Source: Mobula birostris
Lineage: Eukaryota
DNA: 64,000 nucleotides
Assembly (NCBI RefSeq): GCF_030028105.1
Contig: NC_092387.1
Span: 8,399,305-8,463,304 of the forward strand
Direction of reading: 5' to 3'
Position numbers and translations under genes: made by a program. This document shows, in pieces, positions 1 to 13,858 of the stretch. The notes beneath the pieces were generated by a model, which was not told the DNA's origin, did not search any database, and saw nothing but the letters and a program-made list of their open reading frames with translations. Position 1 is the stretch's first letter. Each line of letters starts with the position of its first letter.

Positions 1-870
1 TAATAAGAACATAAGAAATAGGAGCAGGAGTAGACTACCTGGCCTGTCAAGCCTGCTCCGCCATTCAATAAGATCAAGGCTGATCTGGCCATGGACTCAT
101 CTCCACCTACCTGCCTTTTCCCCATAACCTTTAATTGCCTTTCTATGCAAAAATCGATCCAACCTTGTCTTAAATATATTTACTGAGGGAGCCTCCACTG
201 CTTCACTGGGCAGAGAATTCCACAGATTCACCACTCTCTAGGAAAAGTAGTTCCTTGCCATCCCTGTCCTAAATCTACTCCCCCAAATCTTGAGGCTAGT
301 TCTAGTTTCTAGTTTCACCTACCAGTGGAAACAACTTTCCTGCCTCTATTTTATCTATCATAATTTTATATATTTCTATAAGATCTTCTCTCATTCTTCT
401 GATTTCCAGTGTGTACAGCCCCAGGCGACTCAATCTCTCCTCATAGTCTAAACTCCTCATCTCTGGAATCAACCTGGTGAACTTCCTCTGCACCGTCTCC
501 AAAGCCAGTATATCCTTCCTCAAGTAAGGAGACCAGAACTGCACACAGTACTCCAGGTGCGGCCTCACCAGTACTCTATACAGTTGCAGCACAACCTCCC
601 TGCTGTTAAATTCAATCCCTCTAGGCCAACATTCCTTTTGCCTTCTTGATAGCCTGCTACACCTGCAAACCAACCTTTTGTGATTCATGCACAAGCGCTC
701 CCAAGTCCCTCTGCACAGCAGCATGCTGCAATCTTTTGCCATTTAAGTAAAAATCTGTTCTTTCAATTTTCCTTCCAAAGTGGACGGCTTTGCATTTACC
801 AACATTGTTCTCCATCTGCCAGACCCTGGCCCACTCACTTAACCTAACTATATCTCTATGCAGACTCTCC
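1..870 (-). mobile_element. CR1 LINE 3' fragment (RT C-terminus and 3' UTR)
   Basis: ORF 302..742 contains LYRVLVRPHLEYCVQFWSPYLRKDI...YEERL..LGLYTLE, the CR1 RT C-terminal signature; the CR1-type tail (ataagaacataagaaatagg) is at the window start. Confidence 0.9.
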
Positions 871-929
871 TTATCTTGTAATAACCGTTCCTGAACCTAA
901 GGATCCTGAATATCCTTCCTGATGGCAGC

Positions 930-1300
930 AGCCATCATGTCACGTTGCAACTTCACCAAACATTGTTTAGGCCACACTTGGAGTATTTTGAAAAGATGTG
1001 ACTTCTGTGGAGAGAGCGCAGAGGAGATTCACAGGCGATTGCCTGAACTGAAGGATGGTAGTTACAGGGTAAAATTAGATAGGCTGGATTGTTTTCCCAG
1101 GAGCAAAGGTAACTGATGTACCTGACAGAAGATTATGTGAGGCAGAGATAGTATTGGTGGACAAAATCTTTTTTCCATAGTTTTAAGGTGAGAGGCAGGA
1201 GATTTGGAGAGAATCTTGCAGGTAAGTTTTTACGTGGTGGCTGATATCTTGAACGCACTACTGAAGGAGGTGGTGGAATCTGATGCCATCCCCGTATTTA
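930..1300 (+). mobile_element. Degraded CR1 LINE 3' fragment
   Basis: Decayed match to the CR1 RT C-terminal region (aggccacacttggagtat...gagagcgcagaggagattcacagg); boundaries approximate. Confidence 0.6.
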
Positions 1301-2829
1301 AGAACATAGAACAGTAGAGCACAGTACAGATCCTTCAGTTCACAATGTTGTGCCGACCTTTTCACCTACTCTAACCCCTCCCTCCCACCCTTCTCGTCCT
1401 ACGTTTTTCTTTCAACCATGTGCCAAAGTCTATAGTTCCCTGAAAGTAGCAAAACAAGTGGATAGGGTGGTGAAGGTATATGGCATGCTTGCCTTCGTAG
1501 CTCAGGGCATAGAGTGTAAGAGCTGAAATGTTCTGTTTAGGCCTCACGGTGTATTGCAGTCACCACACTAGAGCACATGTTTAAGGGACGTTTAGACAGC
1601 AAGATATAGGAAATGACCGTATGTAGGTAAATAGGGTTTATGTTGCTGAGCAAAGAAGATAGGATCTAGAGAGCCAAGACCCTGTTTCTGTGCTGTATAA
1701 CACTCTGATACTCCACTGGTGATAGATACCTTGGCTGTAAGCTCTGATATTTCTGAGCATTTCCTCTTTGCTCCTTGCTTGTTGGCTGACCTGAAACCCC
1801 ATGAAGAAATGTGAAATAAAATTTGATTTGGGATGTTTTGTAGTTTCAATGTCCAAAATGCCTTCCAACCACAAATTTTGAATTATAATTACTTCCGTAA
1901 TGTACATTGTTTGCGAGCCAGCTAGTCCAGGTCTTTCATAGTCCAGTATCTTTAGTCAAACACTGACCCTCACCCTGGAGGCAAAGTGTCCTGGGAAGGA
2001 ATTCTAATTGTGTTTGCAATATTTGGGAACCAACAAGGTGAGATTAAAGGATTGAAAGATTTGGTTTATTTGTCACATGAACAACAAACCATACAGTGAT
2101 ATGTATTGTTTGCATCAACAACCACCACAGACAGAGGGTGTGGTGGGGGCAGCCTGCAAGTGTCACCATGCTTCTGGTGCCAACGTAGTATGCCCACAAC
2201 TCACTAACCCCAACCTGTACATCTGGGAGGAAACTGGAGCACCTGGATGAAACCCACACGGTCACGGGAAGAACTCCTTACATACAGCAGTGAGAATTGA
2301 ATCCCAATCAGTGATCGCTGGTACTGTGCTACCATGCCACCTCTTTCCTCTGCTATGCACGCTGTACCATGGAACATGGAACATGGCTGTCTCATGTGGA
2401 ACTCTTTGCAGAAGTTGAGAGGAGAGAGTTAGGAGAGAGGATTGGCAAGGTGTTGTTTATAACAGAAATTACAGAGAGTTTGGGTGGCAGCTAACACACC
2501 TTCTCATTGGTGTATTGTGCTTGAACCACTGGACCAGCCGCTGATTTTGAGTTAAAACCGTACATGCTACATTTTTTTCTTTACATACAAATCACAATGC
2601 AAGAATTAAAATCCTGCAGTAGCTTTCTTGACCAGATATTCACGAATCAGTTGACTGGATGACACAGTAAATGGGTCATTGGTTTTAATTTTATTCACAG
2701 ATTCTTTATGTTCCTCGCCTCCTACCCTAAAGGTGTATCAAGAGCAGCAACTGTGTGCATTTTGCCATTTACACACACCCTTCCACCCTCTCCCACTCTA
2801 CCCTTTAGTGGAAGACAAACATCAATAAT

Positions 2830-3140
2830 TAAGAGGTTTTGCAGATGCTGGAAATCCAGTGCGCCACACACAAAATGTTGAAGGAACTTAGCAGGTTGGG
2901 CAGGATCTATGGAAAGGAACAAACGGTCAACGTTTCAGGCGGAGACCCTTCCATCAGGACTGGAACTGAAGGGGGAAGGGGGAGGTGATAGGTGAGACCA
3001 TGTGAGGGGGAAATTGGTGGGTGGGGGTGGATGAAGTGAGAAACTGGGATGTGATAGGTGGAGGAGGTTGAAGAAGGAAACTGATGGGACAGGAGGGTGG
3101 ACCATGGGAGAAAGGGAAGGAAGCACCAGAGGAAAGCACG
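2830..3140 (-). mobile_element. Penelope-like element 3' repeat (pLTR) fragment with degenerate hammerhead motif
   Basis: Same sequence as the 3' end of the GIY-YIG-bearing element at 39481-40498; minus strand reads CAGTC-CTGATGGA-AGGGTCTCCGCCT-GAAACGTTGACC. Confidence 0.7.
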
Positions 3141-3883
3141 TGAAGTCACAGTTTTTTTTTATTTAGCGATACAGCGTGGAGTTGGCCCTCCTGGCCCTTC
3201 GAGTCGCGTGGCCAGCAACCCTACAACCTGATTAACTCTAGCCTAATCACAGGACAATTCACAATGACCAATTAACCTACCCAGTATGTCTTTGGACTGT
3301 GGGAAGAAACGAGAACACTTGGGGAATACACACAGATTCCACAGGGAGGACGTACAGAGACTCCTTGCAGAACGGCGCTGGAATTGAACTCCAAACTCTA
3401 GCCCCGAGCTGTAATAGCATCACGCTAACCACTGTGACACTGTGGCACCTTCTTATAGAACAGTACTGTCAAAAGTCATATATACAGTATATGTATATAG
3501 CTAGGGTGCTTAAGATTTTTGAACAGTACTGTAGTAATTTTCTTTATTGCAATGTATTGCTGCAAAAGAGAAGAAAATTCTTGACATAAATGAGTGATGG
3601 TAAAACCGATTCTGATATGAGAAGGGGGCAGGGAGAGGCGAATCATGGTTGGGGAGAGGTGAGGGAATGGGAAACACCAGAGAGACATTCTATAAACCAA
3701 TTGTTTGGAATCAAATGACCTTGCCTGGTGTCTCGGGGCTGGGTGTGTCTGCACCCGTGCCACCCTGGCCCTTCTCTACCACCTGTCCCACATCCCTCCT
3801 GCGGCACTCTGCCTGCATCATCCCAAACATCTTTTGCTCCTGCCAGATTTACAAACCCATTCTCTGCTGCATGTTGACAAATA

Positions 3884-3946
3884 CAGTACTGTGCAAAAGT
3901 CTTAGGCACCTTAGCTGTATGTATGTTCCTAAGACTTTTGCACAGT
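3884..3946. mobile_element. Tiny palindromic Tc1-type MITE
   Basis: Inverted arms ctgtgcaaaagtcttagg / cctaagacttttgcacag following TA; a related decayed copy lies at about 3461-3530. Confidence 0.55.
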
Positions 3947-5189
3947 GAAGATAGTTCATCTTCAATGCACAAAATCATTCTTTACAAACAGTTGGACTAC
4001 ACCTATCTTCAATATTACAGAAATGTACAAACTGATGGGAAGAATTTTTATGGCTATTTCAAAAAGAAAAACATTGAGTGTTGGTCCCATAGAAAGTAAC
4101 ACTGGAAATTAGTATTGGAATAATAGAAATGAGTTGGCAGGTGAAGTAAACAGATGATACGATATTATGCTTCACTGTGGAGGTTATTTACCCCTGTTGT
4201 CTTTGCTATAACAACAGGGGAAATTACACTTATTGCCTGAATTTTAATTCCATATATTAAAGAAGGGTGCAATAGATTGGAAAATAGCAAAGGCAGCAGA
4301 GGAAATGACCCTCCATAGTGAAGAGTGATATAGAACCTATGGAGAGGAATAAATAGTCGATATTTCAGGACAAGACCCTTCCTCAGGTCTGGAAAGGAAG
4401 GGGGAAGAAGAAACATTAAAAATTGTTATTCGGTGTTATCTGAGCTTCTACTTTCCAGTTAGTGTGTGATGGTAGGCTGTTCAGTGATTTGTGGTCAATG
4501 TATAAACAATGCTGCTGAATCAAGAGAAGGAACCCTGAACCATTTTATCATCCCAGAGGCATTAAAGCCAATTGTACCTTCATTTATGCTGTTAACCAAT
4601 TATACATTGTTCAGTAGATTACCTTGTAACCTGTCCATGTAAAGATTCGAGATTGTTTAATATTGTTCTTCAGTACACGAGTGTAAAGGAAAACAAAATG
4701 ATTGTTACTCTCGATGTAGCATAAAAACACACAATAAAAATAATTTTAAAAGCACAATAATTAACATGATTGAAGTCTCCTGCAATTATGCAGAGACTGT
4801 ACAGATGCTGTTTTGTAGAGAACTGATGATATTATAAAGCTCTCCCAGTGTGTCCTTGATGTTAGCGCTCGGGAGGGGGGTGCAGATGGGGGAAAAGAAT
4901 GTAGACAGTGATAATGAAACACTTTAAAAATAGTGCAATGAGCTGTTGTGTTTAAGAAAGAGTTTATCTTGGTTTTGGGGTTGTGGGCGGGTGGGTAATG
5001 AGACGAAAAGGTCTTAATACGGCCAAGTAGAAATAGTGTAAATGGCTGAAATTGTCGACATGTTGGTGATGGTTGCAAGACAATGCTGTTTGACTCTGTG
5101 ACTATAACAAATATTTCAAAGCCTTGCTGGAGTTGGTGAGAAAGCTGTCTTTTCCTCGTCTCCTCACTTAACATCTGTTACCTCCACAG

Positions 5190-5378
5190 ACGGGAGCAGT
5201 ACGAAAACCAGCAGTCAGCCTGGCTCCAACAAGTGGAAAAGTATGAGAAGGAACACCTGGGAGGTTTCCGTTTGATTTATCCGCTGTCAGACTCCAAGAA
5301 ATATGATGACTTTTTTAATCAAAGTGGATCGCTTTTTCAGGAGACAGTGGCTTCCAGAGCAAGGGAAGAATGTGCCAG
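5190..5378 (+). CDS. TTLL13: TTLL13-like tubulin polyglutamylase, internal exon
   Basis: cag|A...GCCAG|gt; encodes REQYENQQSAWLQQVEKYEKEHLGGFRLIYP...SLFQETVASRAREECAR, matching the TTLL6/TTLL13 post-catalytic motif (GGFRLIYP, SLFQET, AREECAR). Proximity to NGRN supports TTLL13. Confidence 0.88.
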
Positions 5379-5418
5379 GTACTCCCAGCGCTTTCGAGGG
5401 CAAGACAATTGTGAGCAT

Positions 5419-5651
5419 ACAACAGGAATTCTGCAGATGCTGGAAATTCAAGCAACACACATAAAAGTTGCTGGTGAACGCAGCAGGCCAGGCAGCATCT
5501 CTAGGAAACGGTACAGTCGATGTTTCAGGCCGAGACCCTTCGTCAGGACTAACTGAAGGAAGAGTAACTGAAGCTCTTCCTTCAGTTAGTCCTGAGGAAG
5601 GGTCTCGGCCTGAAACGTCGACTGCACCTCTTCCTAGAGATGCTGCCTGAC
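5419..5651. mobile_element. Palindromic Penelope-derived mini-element with two opposed hammerhead motifs
   Basis: Inverted pLTR halves; 13-bp target-site duplication caattgtgagcat (5406-5418) / caattgtgggcat (5652-5664). Confidence 0.8.
5588..5623 (+). ncRNA. Minimal type I hammerhead ribozyme motif (Penelope pLTR)
   Basis: AGTC-CTGAGGA-AGGGTCTCGGCCT-GAAA-CGTC|GACT: stem I AGTC/GACT, CUGANGA and GAAA cores, stem II, palindromic ACGU stem III, GUC cleavage triplet. Confidence 0.7.
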
Positions 5652-6855
5652 CAATTGTGGGCATGGAGGCATTTGGGTTAATTGTTGATAATAGCTGGAA
5701 ATATGGAGGGGTTTAGTTCTTGCTTGGCAACAATAATGTTATTTATTTGTATTTAATTTTAATTGAAGTACTATAACTTCTGGGCATTGGCTACAGATGT
5801 TTAATAATTAATACAAAGACTCTCCAACCCAGTAGCCTTACAGGGTTTAGCGGTCTTCATCATTGCTACCCAGCCAAGTACAGATACTTATCCAGTCCAC
5901 GGATTCTCTAGAAATGGCTTATTTCCCTTATTATAATGCCCATCAAATTAAACATCTATATGTGAAATTTGGTACCAGTGCCGTTTATAGGACAAAATAC
6001 TTCTTGTAACTAATAAAAATATCTGCAGATCTTGGAAATCTGAAATAAAATCTCAAAATGCTGGAAATATTTAACAGGTCAGGGCAACATCGCTGGTGAG
6101 AGAACCAGAGAGAACACCTCAGGCTGATAAACTTTCATCAATACTGCCCTTTCTGCTTGTTCCTTTGGCTGTCTTACTCTGTTCTCCCCCTGGAGTGGTT
6201 CCTTTTGTCCACAGTGTCACTGAGCTGTCTGTTCAGCTGTGAAGCAAGATCCTAGAGCCCAGTCCTGCCCTTGAATGATATCTGTGGAGGTCCATATTTC
6301 CATACATAGGATCAGAAGCAGGCGTCTTGGTTGTACTTCTAATCATAATCTCCAATTGTCAATTTTAACTCAAAGTCGAAGTAAATTGATTATCCAAGTA
6401 TACATATGTCACCATGAACTACCTTGAGATTCATTTTCTTGTGGGCATTTACAGGAAAATAAAGAAATACAATATAATTTATGAAAAAACTATACATAAA
6501 GATTGACAAACAAGTAATGTGCAAAAAAAAAGTCAAATTGTGCAAATAAGACATAAGTAATACTGAGAAAATGGGTTGTCATTGAAAGTGAGACTGTAGG
6601 TCGTGGAGTCAGGTCAGTGTTGAGGTCAGTTGATGGTTACCCTGTGGCCATCAGGCTCCTGAACCAGTGTGGTAACTAATCCTGATGGTTGCAGGGTAAT
6701 AATTTTTCCTGAACCTGGTGGTGTGGGACCTAAGGCTCTGCTCAGTCTGGCTGGGGCCAGTGACTGTAACATAGAGCTGGTTGTGGCAATGTGTGGCATG
6801 CAAACTGTGGAACAGAATACGTCACAGAATTAGTTACCGGGTTCTTTGTGCTCAG

Positions 6856-7024
6856 GCAGCAGCTTGAAGAGATTCGACAGAAGAACGAACCAAGGGAGCT
6901 GGCAAAAGGAAGGAAAGTGAAGGAGCTAAAGGACGTCCATCTGCACGGCGAGTCAGGGGGTGAGGCTCCCGTACTGGACCGAGGCTTCAGGAAGTACAAT
7001 CATTGCTTATCCGTAAAGAAAGAG
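6856..7024 (+). CDS. TTLL13: TTLL13-like internal exon
   Basis: ctcag|G...AAAGAG|gtacc; phase 2 to 0 continues the previous exon; encodes (R)QQLEEIRQK...HGESGGE, as in TTLL13 RQQLEEIR...QGESAGE. Confidence 0.85.
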
Positions 7025-7299
7025 GTACCATTCTTTCTGTTTCTGTTTTCTGTTTTCCATTCTCAATTATCACAGTTTATTTCTTGTTTCCTCAATTGCT
7101 GAAGTTCAAGTTTATTGTCAGTCAGCCGCACACATGTATACAGCTGAACGAAACAACATTCTCCTGGGACCAAGGTGCACAACACAGTACATATATCATA
7201 TACAACACTCAAAATAATATTAACACAATAACATTAACAGATAGTAAAAATAATACATATTCTGTACATGTACAAGTTGACATAAAGTGCATATGTTAC

Positions 7300-8160
7300 A
7301 TATAGTTCAGAATCACAGTTATTTCCACCGGCACATGTTGCGAAATTTGTTAACTTAGCAGCAGCAGTTCAATGCAATACGTAATTTAGAAATAATAATA
7401 ATAGTAATAAATCAATCAAATACAGTATACATATATTGAATAGATTAAAATCATACAAAAACTGAAATATATATTAAAGTGAGGTAGCGTACATGGGTTC
7501 AATGTCCATTTAGAAATCAGATGGCAGAGGGGAAGAAGCTGTTCCTGAATCGCTGAGTGTGTGCCTCAGGCTTCTGTACCTCCTACCTGATGGTAACAGT
7601 GAGAAAAGGGCATGCCCTGGGTGCTGGGGGTCCTTAATAATGGACACTGCCTTTCTGAGACACTGTTCCCTGAAGATGTCCTGGGCACTTTGTAGGCTAG
7701 TGCCCAAGATGGAGCCGACTAAATTTACGACCCTCTACAGCTTCTTTCGGTCCTGTGTAGTAGCCCCCCAACCCCCATTCCAGACCGTGATGCAGCCTGT
7801 CAGAATGCTCTCCTCAGTACATCTATAGAAGTTTGTGAGTGTTTTTGTTGACATTCCAAATCTCTTCAAACTTCATAGTCGCTGTTTTGCCTTCTTTATA
7901 GCTGCATTGATATTTTGGGACCAGGTTAGATCCTCAGAGATCTTGACACCCAGGAACTTGAAACTGCTCACTTTCTCCACTTCTGATCCCTCTATGAGGA
8001 TTGGTACGTGTTCCTTTGTCTTACCCTTCCTGAAGTCCACAATCAGCTCTTCCATCTTACTAACGCTGGGTGCCAGGTTGTTGCTGTGACACCTCTCCAC
8101 TAGTCGGCATATCTCACTTCTGTACGCCCCCTCATTTCCACCTGAGATTCTAGCAACAGT
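7300..8160 (-). mobile_element. Rex1/Babar (L2-group) LINE 3' fragment
   Basis: ORF 7873..8223 AYRSEI..LV..C..NNL..VSK.EELIVDFRK...FKFLGV.ISEDLTWS and ORF 7510..7707 IIKDPQHPGHALFSLLPSGRRYRSL. Confidence 0.8.
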
Positions 8161-8789
8161 GGTTAATATACGACAGTATAATGCTACTGACATTACACCT
8201 TGCAAGTCCGGGTTTACTGTCATTCAATCGTACACATGAATACAGCCAAACGAAACAGCATTCCTCCGGGGCCACGGTGTAAAACACAGTACCAACAGTC
8301 ACACAGCACACAGCACATATAGGACATGTAGTTATGATATCAGAAAAATATACAAGTGTAGCTTATGTTCCTGAGTGTTATGACCTGTATATTGCTGGTG
8401 TATGCATGTTGTCCTGGAGCCATGTTCCTGCAAGACAGCCCACAGCATTTCCTTGTATCACACAGTGCAGCCACAGATGAACAAAATCCAGCTTGTCTTC
8501 CACTTGACTTTATTCACAGGAAATTCAGTCTCACTAATTTGATTTAAGTCTCTGAAGAAGTAACTAACTATATTGATGAGGACAGTGTCCTCTACATGGC
8601 CTTTAGTAATCTCTTTGGCAAGGTTCTGCATTGTAGGCTGATCCAAATGGCTCGAGTCCATGTGATCCACGGTAGGCTGATAAACTGAATCCTAAGTTGG
8701 CTTGGTGATAGGAGGCAGGGTGTGCAACCATCGGTGTAACCCAAAATTGGTGCTGGGACCCTTTACTTCTGTGATAGGCTGTACATTTG

Positions 8790-9050
8790 CAGCACTATTA
8801 CTCCAGAGTTTGGAGTTCAATTCCACCACCATCTGTAAGGAGTTTGTATATTCTCCCCATGAATGCATGTGTTTCCTTTGGGTGCTCCAGTTTCCTCCCA
8901 CAGTCCAAGGACGTACTGGTTAGTAGATGAACTGGTCATTGTAAATTGTCCTGTGAGTAGGCTGGTGGTAACTAGGTGGGTTGATAGGTGGTACAGTTCA
9001 TTGGGCTGGAACAACCTGTTCCACGCTGTGTCTCTGAATAAATAAAAATA
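8790..9050 (+). mobile_element. V-SINE-type tRNA-derived SINE inserted in a CR1 fragment
   Basis: Central ctgtaaggagtttgta...gggtgctccagtttcctcccacagtccaa domain and A-rich tail; CR1 RT remnants on both sides. Similar copies at about 21690, 35560, 37420, 41630, 53355 and 56565. Confidence 0.7.
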
Positions 9051-11592
9051 AAATTACACAACTTGGACGCGAATGTAGGCGGTATGATTAGCAAGTTTGC
9101 ATATGACACGTAAACCACAAGAACAGGGACATCATATTAGAACTTTATAAAGCATTGGTTATGCCACGCCTAGAGAATTGTGCCCAAACAGCCTGGTGAT
9201 ATTGTGTAGGAGAGTAAAGTCATCACCAATTAACTGGACTCCCATTTGTTCCTCAATCACACTTTATTTTACTTGTGCATGAAGAGAAGAGCATGCCTTT
9301 GTCACCACATAGTTCTGAATTCTGAACAGAGAAATACCATTTTTATACAGCAGGGTCAGAGTTTGACCACTTGGTAAACTATATGTTTGAATTCCTTATC
9401 TGCAAGATCAATGGCCATTCACAACACATGTTAAAAGCCAATACTACAAGCGGATATCGATGATACCTTGAAGTTAATAAAGCAATTGCCCTTTAGTTGG
9501 TGTGCGTGTTTTCATATCCTTCTGTTTCATTCTTATCTTGTCTGCAGTAAGCCAAATGGCTCTGGGAATCTGCTGTGCAAAGGGAAGCTATGCTCTTCTA
9601 AGTCCTTTCTTGCCTGGGTTGTCTGCATTCTGTCTCCACTCTATTCTTGCCTGGATATTACGTTAACCCTTGCCTTAGCACAATTTTCACATAAACAGAT
9701 ACCATAATGTTATTGTGTTAAATCGAGTTGCATTAGAAGGAAGTAGTTGAATATATGAAACAAACACTGGAGTTTATAGCTAACATTTGATCTATCCTTG
9801 CTGAGTTAGTGCAAGTATTCACATCCACAAACTTGTCAATGAATTCCCAAAAAGTGACTATCATGAATGTCTGCAATTCATGTCTGTTGCTGTTGAGGCT
9901 AATGTTATCTGATTTTAGTTAATTAACCTGACATTTTAATATTTTCCAGTCCTGAAATCTGTATTAGTGATAAGGGATATGTGAGCATTCCATATTGAAA
10001 CAGTATTTATGAATGCTGCTGGTGTATAGGCTATCTATCTAACACTAGAAAAGGCATGACCTGTAATTTTACCTTGGTGTTTACCTGGATTGAGATCTTA
10101 AAGGCTTTACTTATTACATGTAGATTGAAACATACAGTGAAATGCATCTTTTGCATCAATGGCCAGCACAGTCTGATTATGTGCTGGGGGCAGCCTGCAA
10201 GTGTTGCCACGCTTCTGGCGCCAACATGGCATGCCCACAACTCACTAATCCTAACCCGTACATCTTTTGGAATATTGGAAGACCCAGAGGAGACCTGCAT
10301 GGTGTGGTGGAGAATGTAGAAACCCCTTACTGATAGCGGTGGGAATCGAACCCCAATTACTGATCACTAAAGCATTGCACCCACTACTAGGCTACTGTGC
10401 TGCCCTGAATCCATAGTCTAAGCTGACTCTCCAGTACACCACTGAAGGAGTTCTACAACGTGCCAGCTTTTTAACGTTGAATTAGTTAAGGGACCATTTA
10501 CCCTCTCTGATTCAACTATATCAGAAAAGATCATGAGATACCTCCTGATGTTCTGATCAATAATCAGCCCCTAATCACCATCACTACTCTTAACCATGAC
10601 TTTGCTGCTGTCTGTGAGACTTTGCTGTGTGAAAATTGGTTGCAGCATGTCCAGCTTAATGCAGTGACCACATTTCAAAAATACCTGTACAGCTGGAACG
10701 TCCCGGAGTAGTGAAAGGCAGCACTGTGACTATAAGATAATACTTGCTACCTTTATTCTGATTCTCTCTGGCACCCGGATCGTGATCTCTGTGCTCTTGA
10801 TGTGTTAATATGTTTTGTAACCATTCTGTTAGTCCCATGGGATTTACCTTGTCTATTTGGTTTGAGAATGATAGTTGGTGGGAGAGTGGTGTCATGAGCC
10901 ATCTGCATTCAGTCATACCTGTCTCTCACCAGCCACATTGAAGGAAGGGTTTTTAACTGGGGAGACGGATTCTCTTCAGTTGTTGCTCTGCACTTTCTGG
11001 CAGGAATTGTTAGTACTGTACTGATCAAAACCGAGGATCCTGAAGTCTTTTTACTTTTCTTTCTTACTCAGTCAACTGCAGTGGCCCAATTGAAACACCT
11101 CACTTGGAACAAATTGGCTAGATGATAAAGTACATTTGCTCCCAGGATAGGTAGATCTGAGCTTTGTTTCATTAAGAATAAACAATAAAGCCTTCCAAAC
11201 TGCACAAACGTTTTAAATCTATGTTTGCATGATCTCGCTGCAGATATTAACATATCATGTTCTGACAATGGACCTATCCAGTGAGTAAGAATCAAGTTAG
11301 CCATAGGGTTCTAGCATTAAGCGCAGATGATTGTGATGACCTTGGTCAATCTCTTCATTACACCAGCAATAACTTGCAGTACCATGTGTTTGATGTATTC
11401 AGTTTCCAGAACCAATATAGATTGATAGGAAGATTATCTCCATGAGTAGCAGAGATAATCTTCCTATTAGAATGAACTTTTTCAAAGCAAGTTCTAATTT
11501 GGCCCTAAATTAGATGGTATTACATGGCCAGCGTGGGATAGATTTAACTGCTTGTCAGAAGACATGAAGGATAAAACATGGTTAAATATCTA

Positions 11593-12108
11593 CACTTAGT
11601 GACCACTGTATTAGGCACAGGAGTGGAACCTGGTGCGGTCTCCTGCTGCTGTAGCCCATCCACTTCAAGATTCAATGTGTTGTGTGTTCAGAGATGCTCT
11701 TCTGTTGTAACGCATGATTATTTGAGTCACTGTTACGTTCCTAACAGCTTGAACCAGTCTGGCCATTCTCCTCTGATCTCTCTCATTAACAAGGCATTTT
11801 TTGCCCACTGAAAGCCACTCACTGGATGTTTTTTGTTTTTCGCCCCAGTCTGTGTAAACTGTAGAGACTGTTGTGCATGAAATTATCAGGAAATCTGCAG
11901 TTTCTGAGATACTCAAACCACCCCGTTTGGTTCCAACAATCATTCCATGGTCAAAGTCACTTAGATCACATTGCTTTCCCATTCTGATATTTGATCTGAA
12001 CAACAACTGAACCTCTAGACCAAGTCTGCATGCTTTTATGCATCGAGTTGCTGAAACATGATTAACGAGCAGGTGTACAAGTGCACCCAATCAAGTGACC
12101 ACTGGGTG
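11593..12108 (-). mobile_element. Internally deleted Tc1 DNA transposon
   Basis: TA-flanked TIRs cacttagtgaccact / agtgaccactgggtg; ORF 11665..12090 has a Tc1 N-terminal HTH (MGKQCDLSDFDHGMIVG...SISETA...TTVSTVY). Confidence 0.85.
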
Positions 12109-12988
12109 TAAATGTGCCTTCGGGGTATTTATGGCTGCCATCTGTGTTCTGAATCGTATCCAATAACCTCACCCACTATGGGTAAAATAATTGCTGGAAA
12201 ACTCCATAAAAGGAACATCAGGAATAGATTTCTTCAGTGAAAGATGTTAAATGATACCTTTTTAATTCTGTTGTAGGTCACACAGCAATGGTTGCCAATA
12301 CGTGCTCATCTCGTTCACCTCTGTCGACTGACTTTTCAGGATCTCTCTCAAGCCTGACCAATCTAAGTACATGTGCTCCTAGCCCTCCATAATAAAGATG
12401 TTTAATAAAGAACACAATCAGTATTAGTTCTCTTTTAAATTGTTCTGTCCTTCACATTGACCAAAATGTCAGCAAACACTTGGAAACAACCTAATATGAT
12501 ACCTGGGTTACTATGTCCAAGTTGAATTGTATTTCAACATTTTGCTTAACATCAACTACGTTTGTAGGAGACTACCTCCATTGGTACCACATACTGTTTC
12601 CCATAAAAAAGTTGTATGTTAGGATTCACACCAGAACTTTCTGAACAATTATCAGCAGGTCATTCGGAAGTAAATGTCTCAAGGCATTTGAAAAGGAACT
12701 GAGTAGACTAGGTTTCTGTTCTCCAGAGTCTCGAAGGATGGGAGGTGACATTGTGGAAATTCTTGGAGTATTCTTGTATTCTTGGAGGGTCAATGGGGGA
12801 GAATGTTTCTCTTGCTGAAAGAGTCAGAGTCTGGGTCCAGCACATTTTCCATGGAGAGGGGGGCAAATCTTTAGAATTCTGTGTCCTGGAGCACTGTGGA
12901 TGCTTGGCCACTGAGTGCATTCATAACTAGGATCAAAGGATTATGAATATTGGAGGAAACCAAGAATATTGGGATGAGACAGATGGTA

Positions 12989-13647
12989 CAGTGGATTCTG
13001 GTTAATGGGCAGCCGCTTATTTGGGACAACTCTTAAAGGACAAAAACTAATTGAGAAAATAACTGCAATTATCTTAATTTGTTTGGGACACTATGCTGCT
13101 TAATTAGGCAGGAAACTGTTGCCGAATAAGTTCTAACTAGTATTAGTCTTGTGTACTTGTGTGGCTGTTAACACTATGCCGTGCTTAGTTTTTAAATAGT
13201 ATCAGTTGTGTGTGTTTGTGTTCAAAAAGTAGTGATTTTTTTGTCACTGATAGTTGGTGAGAAATAAGCAGTAAGTCGATTCAAAGCTGCTTCAACAGGT
13301 TAGGAACTACAAAGATTTTGAAGGTATCTACAATCATCTTGAATGTTACAATGAAAATGAAGATTGGAGGATGCAGTCGTCAATAGCATTGTATGAAGAC
13401 AGTCCTTTAACTGCACTTGATGTCTGGGCTGATTTTATTCATTGAGTACACTGGATGAATTTCTCTGTCAATAACTACCAAGTGTTCTAATTTATTCTCT
13501 ATTTCATTGCAATACATAATTTGTTACTTAGCTTGGCCTTTTTAATACCTTTTTAACTATTTTTATGAAACCTCGACCAGTTGGGCCTCCACTTAATTCA
13601 GCCAAAATGTACTTGTCTCGATATGTCCTAATTAACCAAATCCACTG
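12989..13647. mobile_element. Tigger/pogo-like non-autonomous DNA transposon
   Basis: TA|cagtggattctggttaat ... attaaccaaatccactg|TA terminal inverted repeats; interrupts a CR1 3' end. Confidence 0.7.
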
Positions 13648-13858
13648 TATTTGAGAGAGAAGATTGGCCACGATCTTTTTGAATAGCAGAACAGGAATGA
13701 GGGGCTGAATGGCTTCTTCCTGCTCTTATTCTGACCCGTTCATGAACTGTTCTAAATGTGCAGGCTATTGATACCTTTTCTCTAACTGAACCCCTAGTGA
13801 CTTGTTGCACCTTGTTTGGTAACGTAATGTTCTATTTTGTTGCATGTTGTTTTTACAG

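Noticed and set aside
2701-2732. Micro-exon after the strong-looking ttttattcacag acceptor
   Set aside because: No TTLL-like translation and only a weak donor.
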